Of a stretch of DNA of 16,468 nt, positions 8,838-15,065 are shown in pieces. The notes beneath the pieces were generated by a model. The model was not told the origin of the DNA, searched no databases, and saw only the letters and a program-made list of their open reading frames with translations. The stretch lies in the NCBI GenBank assembly GCA_964584035.1, contig CAZOYL010000035.1, forward strand, positions 3,804 through 20,271. The letters run 5' to 3'. Both the position numbers and the translations under genes were made by a program. Within the stretch, counting starts at the first letter, position 1; each line of letters starts with the position of its first letter. The stretch comes from an uncultured Gemmatimonadota bacterium (GTDB lineage Bacteria; SM23-81).

Positions 8838-9239
8838 TCATAAACGATCGATCACGATGACCGCCTCAGCGTCTACATTTTCGCAGGTCATGGTGACCCT
8901 GACCTTTTTCATGTCGTCTGTATTCAAACCAACTGCCCTAATCCGGAATCTTTTTCTCCCACCGGCTCCACTCTGGATTTTATATTGAAAATGTTCGCTC
9001 TTGGAAAAATCGGCCAGGAAACCGGGAGATGTCGCGCTCGGCCAGCTGCCATGCTGAAGATAATAAACCTTGGAGGCCTTCATGATGGCGCCCAACCTCG
9101 TCGTCGCCTCGGTCGTTCTGCTGCTTTTAATGGTCCTGGTATACAGAGGCACAGCTACAGATGCCAGCACGCCGATGATGATCACCACTACCATGAGCTC
9201 TATAAGGGTAAATCCGTTGTTTCTTTGAAAAGGTATCAT
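8838..9239 (-). CDS. Type IV pilin paralog 3 (basic)
   Basis: NNG|FTLIELMVVVIIIGVLASVAVPLY class III signal. Confidence 0.9.
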   Translation of the reverse strand: MIPFQRNNGFTLIELMVVVIIIGVLASVAVPLYTRTIKSSRTTEATTRLGAIMKASKVYYLQHGSWPSATSPGFLADFSKSEHFQYKIQSGAGGRKRFRIRAVGLNTDDMKKVRVTMTCENVDAEAVIVIDRL

Positions 9240-9324
9240 TAGTTGATCAATTCAGCATTGCTTATAGAAGCAGTGAAATGATAATCTGATGGATTTGCCA
9301 GATGGCCAGGCTTTCTCAAATGCC

Positions 9325-9771
9325 CTATTTCTTCAAAAGTCCCTTCACCTCTATAATCCCCCCGGAGTTGACATCGTCACAGCTCATGGTGACGGTGACA
9401 TCCTCCATGCTGTCTATTCCCTTCCCAACCGCCCTCACCATGAAACGGTTATCATCTTTGTCTCTCATCGCTTGGACAACATCATAGGTGAAATGCTCTG
9501 TGGAGGAAAAATCGGCATAATAGCCGGTCTCTTCCTTGGATAGGGGCCAGTACCCGGCTTTCTGATAATAGATCTTTGAGGCGGTCATGATAGCGCTGAG
9601 CCGAGAAATGGCTTCGGTAGCCCGGGCCCTTTTGACATAGCCGGTGTAACGGGGTACAGCCGCGGAGACCACCAGACCGAGAAGAACGGCCACCACGACC
9701 AGTTCCAAAAGGGCGAGGTGCCGGATCTCCTTCCTCAGAGATCTGATCTCTTCTTTCAATGTCTGTTTCAT
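9325..9771 (-). CDS. Type IV pilin paralog 2 lacking the canonical prepilin cleavage site
   Basis: Aligns over its full length with the neighbouring pilins (P.YTGY.K.AR..E...RL.AIMTA.K.Y.Q....WP...DF..TEHFTY), but has RH|LALLE in place of G|FTLIE. Start 9771 or 9810. Confidence 0.8.
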   Translation of the reverse strand: MKQTLKEEIRSLRKEIRHLALLELVVVAVLLGLVVSAAVPRYTGYVKRARATEAISRLSAIMTASKIYYQKAGYWPLSKEETGYYADFSSTEHFTYDVVQAMRDKDDNRFMVRAVGKGIDSMEDVTVTMSCDDVNSGGIIEVKGLLKK

Positions 9772-9829
9772 CTCTGCAGGTCTCAAGGGATTCAACCAAT
9801 CGCAGGACATCGAATTTCAGAGGCGGTGA

Positions 9830-9870
9830 AGAGGGCAGGATTTCTAAACGAGCACGAAATCCTGCCCTCT
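9830..9870 (-). other. Strong intergenic stem-loop after the major pilin (mRNA stabiliser or partial terminator)
   Basis: Perfect 15-bp inverted repeat AGAGGGCAGGATTTC (9830-9844) / GAAATCCTGCCCTCT (9856-9870) with an 11 nt loop; no poly-U tail. Confidence 0.75.
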
Positions 9871-9879
9871 CAACAAGGT

Positions 9880-10284
9880 TTACAGACCGGTGATCGTCAA
9901 CGTTCCCTCGTCCTCGGGGTTCGCGCAGGTCAGCGTGATGGTCACGCCGCTCATGCCGTCGACATCCTTGCCCGTGGCGGTTACTGTATATCCCGCAGCC
10001 GTCATGGTGTAAGTGAAGTGCTCGGTGGCTGTGAAATCGGCATAGAAACCCGCCGCTGATGCACTGGCCGGCCAGGCGCTGTTCTGCTGGTGATAGGCCT
10101 TGGCTGCGGTCATGATGGCTCCCAACCGAGCCTGTCCCTCTGAGGTCCGGGCATTCTTGATGTAACCGGTATACAGGGGAATGGCCACGGCCGCCAGCAC
10201 GCCGACGATGATCACCACCACCATGAGCTCGATCAATGTAAAACCGTGGTCGTTGTTCAACTGAGCGTTGATGTGTCTAAACAT
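9880..10284 (-). CDS. pilA: Probable major type IV pilin (120 aa mature)
   Basis: DHG|FTLIELMVVVIIVGVLAAVAIPLY; near-perfect SD AAAGGAGGTGA before ATG 10284; followed by a strong hairpin. Confidence 0.85.
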   Translation of the reverse strand: MFRHINAQLNNDHGFTLIELMVVVIIVGVLAAVAIPLYTGYIKNARTSEGQARLGAIMTAAKAYHQQNSAWPASASAAGFYADFTATEHFTYTMTAAGYTVTATGKDVDGMSGVTITLTCANPEDEGTLTITGL

Positions 10285-10341
10285 CGTTGTCACCTCCTTT
10301 CACTGAAAAATGATATCGGTTTTTCTATCAGGGACTACCCA

Positions 10342-11592
10342 TCATCGCATAACCATTCCCAGGCGGAAGATGGGCAGGTACATAATCAGAATAATGCCGC
10401 CCACGGTCAAGCCCATAAAGACGATGGCCATGGGCTCGATCAGGCTCACCAGGCCGTCGACAGCGGACTTAACCTGCTTGTCGTAGAACTGGGCCACCTT
10501 ATCGAACATCAGATCCAGCGTGCCGCTCTGTTCCCCGGTGGAGACCATCTGGAGCATCAGCTCGGGGAACACCTTGGTATCCTGGAGGGCCTCGGCCAGA
10601 TTCTGTCCCTCCTCAACGCGACGTTTGGTCTCGATGATGCTGTGTTCAAAAACACGATTGTCGGCCGCCCGGCGAACAATATTTAACGCCTGGACGATAG
10701 GCATGCCGCTCTGCACCAGAACACTCAGGGTTCTGGCCAGACGGCTGATCACTGTTTTGGTGATGATGGTGCCGACGGCCGGTATCCGGAGCTTCAGCCG
10801 ATCGAAGGCCAGGGCGCCGCGTTCCGTTCGCAGCACTATTCGTATCAGTCCGAATACAACGGCTACGATTATAAACACCATCAGCAGGTTGTGCCGCACC
10901 AGGCCGCTGAAGGACAGAACCATCTGGGTCGGAGCGGGCAGTTTGGCGTCGAAACTGTCGTATATCCGGGCGAACTGTGGAATGACAAAAAGGATAAAGG
11001 CCAACAATATGAGAGCGATGAAGGAGAAGATAAACATCGGATATCTCATGGCCGTCTTGACCCTCATGCGTATATCGGATACTGATTCCAGGTAGTCGGC
11101 CAACTGATCCATGATGATGTCCAGCTTTCCGCTTTCCTCCCCCGACTCGGCCAGAGAAGTATAAAGCCGGTTGAATATATCCGGATGCTTTCGCAGGGCT
11201 CCGGACAGAGTGTTTCCCTGCTCAACATCATCGGCCACCTGAAACAGGATCTTCCCGAAGGCCTTTTTCTCCTCGGTGGCCAGACTCCGAATAGTGCGAA
11301 CGATGGGAATACCGGCGTTAATCATGGTGGACAGCTGGCGAGTAAAAAATACCAGGCGATCGAGTTTGATCCTTGGCGATCTCTTCAGGAAATTCAACGA
11401 GTGTTTCTGAGACGTTTTCTTGTAACCCTTCTTTTTGTTCTGCTGCCGTCCGTTTCCTCCCTCATCGACCTCGATGACGAACAGGCCTTCTCGATGGAGC
11501 AGATCGACCAGCTGCTGATGGTCGGCGGCTTCCCGCTCAACGGTCCGTTTGTGACCCTGAGAATCCTTCACGACAGCGACATATTGCGACAC
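10342..11592 (-). CDS. pilC: Inner-membrane platform protein PilC/GspF family
   Basis: FFTRQLSTMINAGIP, SGEESGKLD, AMRYP, TGEQSGTLD, LIEP and MYLPIF motifs. Start GTG 11592 (MSQYVAVVKD) or GTG 11607. Confidence 0.95.
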   Translation of the reverse strand: MSQYVAVVKDSQGHKRTVEREAADHQQLVDLLHREGLFVIEVDEGGNGRQQNKKKGYKKTSQKHSLNFLKRSPRIKLDRLVFFTRQLSTMINAGIPIVRTIRSLATEEKKAFGKILFQVADDVEQGNTLSGALRKHPDIFNRLYTSLAESGEESGKLDIIMDQLADYLESVSDIRMRVKTAMRYPMFIFSFIALILLAFILFVIPQFARIYDSFDAKLPAPTQMVLSFSGLVRHNLLMVFIIVAVVFGLIRIVLRTERGALAFDRLKLRIPAVGTIITKTVISRLARTLSVLVQSGMPIVQALNIVRRAADNRVFEHSIIETKRRVEEGQNLAEALQDTKVFPELMLQMVSTGEQSGTLDLMFDKVAQFYDKQVKSAVDGLVSLIEPMAIVFMGLTVGGIILIMYLPIFRLGMVMR

Positions 11593-11663
11593 GATCTCAT
11601 CCCTCACTTTGGGACATCATCAGGTTTTCAACCAGAGGTCTTTTACAGGTCAAATAGATTATG

Positions 11664-11680
11664 CGCAAAATATATGCCAA
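11664..11680 (-). promoter_or_regulatory. sigma54 -24/-12 promoter upstream of the pilC-pilin-pilMNOPQ operon
   Basis: Minus strand TTGGCATATATTTTGCG: GG-N10-GC with TGGCA and TTGC, correctly oriented about 70 nt from the pilC start. Confidence 0.75.
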
Positions 11681-11812
11681 CTCTTTCAAAAGAGAGCTTA
11701 ACGGCATCGCGGCAGAATTTATAAACGTATAACTGCAATCTTTATGGGCACTCATACGATGGAAGGAAATGAATGATTTTCACCACGCCATCGACTGGCG
11801 AAAACGGCCGTT

Positions 11813-13540
11813 CTATTCCTGAATATGAGAGCCCAGCACTTCCTCGATCGTGGTCGTTCCATCATGGACCTTCTCAAGGCCATCTTCCCGAAGCGTCTTC
11901 ATGCCCAGTTTCTTGGCCTCCTGATGGATCAGTTCGTCATTGGCGCCCTCGAAGACCAGTTTCCGGATGGAGGTTTTCATCTCCAGCATTTCAAAGAGGG
12001 CCGTGCGGCCGAGAAAGCCGGTATTCTTGCACTGCAGACAGCCTTTGCCACGGTAGAAATAGACCGGTTCCCCCGCATCGTAAGGCCAGCGCATGCTCTC
12101 CAAAAACTCTCGGGTGGGCTCATAGCGCTCCTTGCAATGGGGACAGATCACCCGCACCAGGCGTTGGGCCAGCACCAGGTTGACGGCCGATCCCACCAGA
12201 TAGGCCGGCACGCCCAGGTCTACCAGCCGGGTTACAGTGCTGACAGCATCGTTGGCGTGTACCGTGGAGAAGACCAGATGACCGGTCAGCGCCGATTTGA
12301 CGGCGATGTCGGCCGTCTCCCGGTCGCGGATCTCGCCCACCATGATGATGTCGGGATCCTGTCGGAGGATCGACCGCAGGGCCAAGGCAAAGGTCAGACC
12401 CGCCTGGGGATTGGTATAAACCTGATTGAGACCGTCGATCTTATACTCCACGGGATCCTCCACCGTCACCAGGTTCTTCTCCGGCGACCGGATTTCGATG
12501 AGAGCCGCATACAGGGTGGAAGACTTACCGCTTCCAGTAGGCCCGGAGACCAGGACCATGCCGTAAGGCTCTCGAATCCATTTTCTGAAGATCTCCAGCA
12601 TCTGCTCGGTGAAACCCAGGTGTGGAAGGTCGCGCCCGAAGGAGTCTTTATCGAACAGCCGCAACACGATCTTCTCTCCGAACACGGTGGGCAGGCTGGA
12701 AACCCGGACATCCACATTCTTGCCGGGAAGCTTGACGGTCAGCCGGCCGTCCTGAGGCGTTCTCCGGTCGGCTATATCGAGATCTGAAAGTATCTTGATC
12801 CGAGTGATCAAGGGCATCTGCAGCTTCTTCGGAGGTTTCATGACCTCGTGCAGGACACCATCAATGCGGAAACGAACGCTGACCCCTTTTTCGTTGGGCT
12901 CGATGTGAATATCCGAGGCCCGGTCCTTGATGGCCTCTCCCAGGATCATGTTGACTAATTTCACCACCGGAGCATCTTCCACCTGAGCCTTGAGCTTCTC
13001 GACATCGAACTCCTCCTCCCCTTCTCCCGCCCTGACATAGTCGATGCCCTCCAGGAGCTCTTCCAGGCCTTCAAAGGCTTTGACCTCTTTATAGTATCGC
13101 TCAATCGCCTCCTTGATCTCCGAGGATTTACCGATGAAGGGCTTCACGATCAGCCCGGTCATCTTCTCCAGAGTATCCAGGATCTCAAGATCGAAAGGAT
13201 CGGCCATAACCACAGTGAGCTCAGTCCCGGCCTGTGAAATAGCAATCAGCGTGTGCTCCCGGGCCAGCTCCTCAGGAATCCTGGCTACCACCTCCACGCT
13301 CGCCTGGGTGAGATCGTCGGCCGTCACCACCGGGATCTCCAACTGCTCGGCCTGCTCGGCCAAGACCTGGTTCAAATCGTCCTCACCAATAGCCCCTATT
13401 TCCACCAGTATCTCGCCCAGGCGTTTCTTGCTTCCCTTCTGCGTCTTGAGAGCCTCTTCGACCTGTTCCTTTTTGACCAGACCCTGAGTCACCAGAATGG
13501 TGCCCAGCATGTTTTTCACAATTCGGTATGTTGGCGGCAT
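11813..13540 (-). CDS. pilB: Type IV pilus/T2SS extension ATPase PilB/GspE with N-terminal MshEN domain
   Basis: ASDIHIEP, PQDGR, Walker A GPTGSGKS, TVEDPVEY, LRQDPDIIMVGEIRD, TGHLVFSTVHAND, Zn motif CPHC...CLQC, GRTALFE; tandem xLGxxLVxxG...Q motifs at the N-terminus. Confidence 0.95.
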   Translation of the reverse strand: MPPTYRIVKNMLGTILVTQGLVKKEQVEEALKTQKGSKKRLGEILVEIGAIGEDDLNQVLAEQAEQLEIPVVTADDLTQASVEVVARIPEELAREHTLIAISQAGTELTVVMADPFDLEILDTLEKMTGLIVKPFIGKSSEIKEAIERYYKEVKAFEGLEELLEGIDYVRAGEGEEEFDVEKLKAQVEDAPVVKLVNMILGEAIKDRASDIHIEPNEKGVSVRFRIDGVLHEVMKPPKKLQMPLITRIKILSDLDIADRRTPQDGRLTVKLPGKNVDVRVSSLPTVFGEKIVLRLFDKDSFGRDLPHLGFTEQMLEIFRKWIREPYGMVLVSGPTGSGKSSTLYAALIEIRSPEKNLVTVEDPVEYKIDGLNQVYTNPQAGLTFALALRSILRQDPDIIMVGEIRDRETADIAVKSALTGHLVFSTVHANDAVSTVTRLVDLGVPAYLVGSAVNLVLAQRLVRVICPHCKERYEPTREFLESMRWPYDAGEPVYFYRGKGCLQCKNTGFLGRTALFEMLEMKTSIRKLVFEGANDELIHQEAKKLGMKTLREDGLEKVHDGTTTIEEVLGSHIQE

Positions 13541-13595
13541 GCTCGAGATCCTTTCTCGAGAAAGGGCAGTGCAGACCTATTCGCAACCCTGCCGG

Positions 13596-13612
13596 CGCAA
13601 ATAATGTGCCGA
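13596..13612 (-). promoter_or_regulatory. Proximal sigma54 -24/-12 motif upstream of pilB
   Basis: Minus strand TCGGCACATTATTTGCG (GG-N10-GC). Confidence 0.6.
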
Positions 13613-13742
13613 GGCTTGAACTATTATCATAAGACCGAGTATTTTCATTATATACTGATCTTTTCTCTTCCGGGATATAGCCCGCCCCCGGCGGCCGTTC
13701 GGGCAATCGATGGAAAACCGAAACTCACGTGGTGTGGTAAAA

Positions 13743-13759
13743 TGCAAAAATAGTGCCAT
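13743..13759 (-). promoter_or_regulatory. Distal sigma54 -24/-12 motif upstream of pilB
   Basis: Minus strand ATGGCACTATTTTTGCA, matching TGGCAC-N5-TTGCW. Confidence 0.7.
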
Positions 13760-13849
13760 CTTTGCAAAGACCGGAATCTTTCGAAGGTCGGCGCGAATTT
13801 ATGATAGCGGATGTGAATGAGAGGAGAGCGGAGATCTTTCCGGGGAGGC

Positions 13850-14722
13850 TTAATGGTACAGAATGAACCAGACCGCCGCAAACCACAGGAGAATATCAAG
13901 CATCAGCGGCCGGTCGGTCAGCAGAACATGAGCGGGGCTGCCTCCCTTTGATTGGCGATGAACCAGGTAGAGATACCGGAATATGCCATACAGCACGAAG
14001 GGAACAGTGAACACCAGGTCATTGTCACCGAACTTGCGGATGACTTCCGGAGAGAGGGTATAGAGGGTGTACGACATCAGTGCGGAAGCGGTGACCACGG
14101 CGATCATCTGATCGAGAAAATATGGACTGTACTCACCCAGCACCCGGCGGTGCTGTGAAGATCCTTCGGCCAGAAGCTGCACCTCGTGCCGCCGCTTGCC
14201 CAGGGCCAGGAAAAGAGCGATGAGAACGGTACAGACCAACAGCCAGGATGAGATTTCCACCTCGATGACCAGAGCACCGGCTACGGCGCGAAGGACAAAA
14301 CCGAAGGCCACCAGCATGACATCCAGAATGACGACCTGTTTGAGATAGGCTGAGTAGGCCAGGTTGATGACCATATAGGTCAGGGCAGCCATTCCGAAAT
14401 GGGGATGAAGAAGAAATGACAGTCCCAGTGAAGTGAGCACCAGAGCGGCCGCCGCAACTGCGGCTGTGGATTTGCTGAGCTGCCCTGAGGCTAAAGGACG
14501 ACAGGACTTGATGGGATGTTCGCGGTCGTTGCGTAAATCGAACAGATCGTTGACCAGGTACGTGCCGCTGGATAACAGACAGAACAGAACAAAAGCCCCA
14601 AGAACGGATAGACCCATGGAGAGGTCATTCAGATTCCTGGAGAAGATCAGGGCGGCAAAGATGAACAGGTTCTTAAACCACTGGGTGGGGCGAAGGGAAA
14701 TGGTCAGAGCTCTGAGGGACAC
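13850..14722 (-). CDS. UbiA-family decaprenyl-phosphate phosphoribosyltransferase-like protein
   Basis: LRPTQWFKNLFIF, YLVNDLFDLRNDREHPIKSCRPLASG, AYSAYLKQVVILDV, GFVLRAVAG, LGKRRHE and YGIFRYL motifs; multi-TM; GTG start with GAGG SD. Confidence 0.88.
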   Translation of the reverse strand: MSLRALTISLRPTQWFKNLFIFAALIFSRNLNDLSMGLSVLGAFVLFCLLSSGTYLVNDLFDLRNDREHPIKSCRPLASGQLSKSTAAVAAAALVLTSLGLSFLLHPHFGMAALTYMVINLAYSAYLKQVVILDVMLVAFGFVLRAVAGALVIEVEISSWLLVCTVLIALFLALGKRRHEVQLLAEGSSQHRRVLGEYSPYFLDQMIAVVTASALMSYTLYTLSPEVIRKFGDNDLVFTVPFVLYGIFRYLYLVHRQSKGGSPAHVLLTDRPLMLDILLWFAAVWFILYH

Positions 14723-14750
14723 AGCGATATCCTCTCAGCGAAAGGCGGGA

Positions 14751-15065
14751 TCAGATATGATCCAGCATTTGGTGAAGAATCTCCTCGCTTTCCTGACAGC
14801 GATCCTCAGGCACATAAATGACGGCCTGAGTGCCGACGGCGCTGGTACCATCGGACCCGAAAGCGCTGGACAGTAGATCGGTCTTGATGATACAGGAAAT
14901 CCCCCGCTTCTCCAATACTTCTTTGACCATCTCCGCGTAAATCCTGCTCGGCAAAGGATGCAGCGGAATCATTTTAACCTTCTCCCGAGGACACGCCTGC
15001 CCGCACTCCGGACAGCGATCGGCCTGTTGAGGGATCTCAGCCTGGCACCGCGAACAGATCCTCAT
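14751..15065 (-). CDS. Zinc-ribbon plus DUF2007-like small protein
   Basis: CSRC...CPEC zinc ribbon followed by AEMVKEVLEKRGI...IYVPED, resembling DUF2007; ATGA-coupled to the upstream gene. Confidence 0.65.
   Translation of the reverse strand: MRICSRCQAEIPQQADRCPECGQACPREKVKMIPLHPLPSRIYAEMVKEVLEKRGISCIIKTDLLSSAFGSDGTSAVGTQAVIYVPEDRCQESEEILHQMLDHI

Noticed and set aside
9256..9275. Small inverted repeat between pilin paralogs 2 and 3
   Set aside because: Short, AT-rich, mismatched on the coding strand and without a U-tract.
9880..10242. Major pilin as an electrically conductive e-pilin (aromatics at 1, 24, 27, 50, 57; 11 of 120 residues F/W/Y)
   Set aside because: Borderline density, a 35-residue aromatic-free C-terminus, positions common to many T4a pilins, no cytochromes in the window, and the criterion itself is disputed.
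8383..10284. Pilin array as silent cassettes or a shufflon for antigenic variation
   Set aside because: Each copy is a full ORF with its own N-terminal helix and is strongly diverged; no recombinase or repeated crossover sites were seen.
13541..13740. c-di-GMP (GEMM) riboswitch in the pilB leader
   Set aside because: GC-rich hairpins exist, but I could not find the GEMM consensus elements; an Rfam/Infernal scan would be decisive.
13577..13899. Small minus-strand ORFs and a TATAAT hexamer in the ubiA-pilB gap
   Set aside because: No SD or protein motifs; they overlap the sigma54 motifs; the TATAAT lacks a plausible -35.
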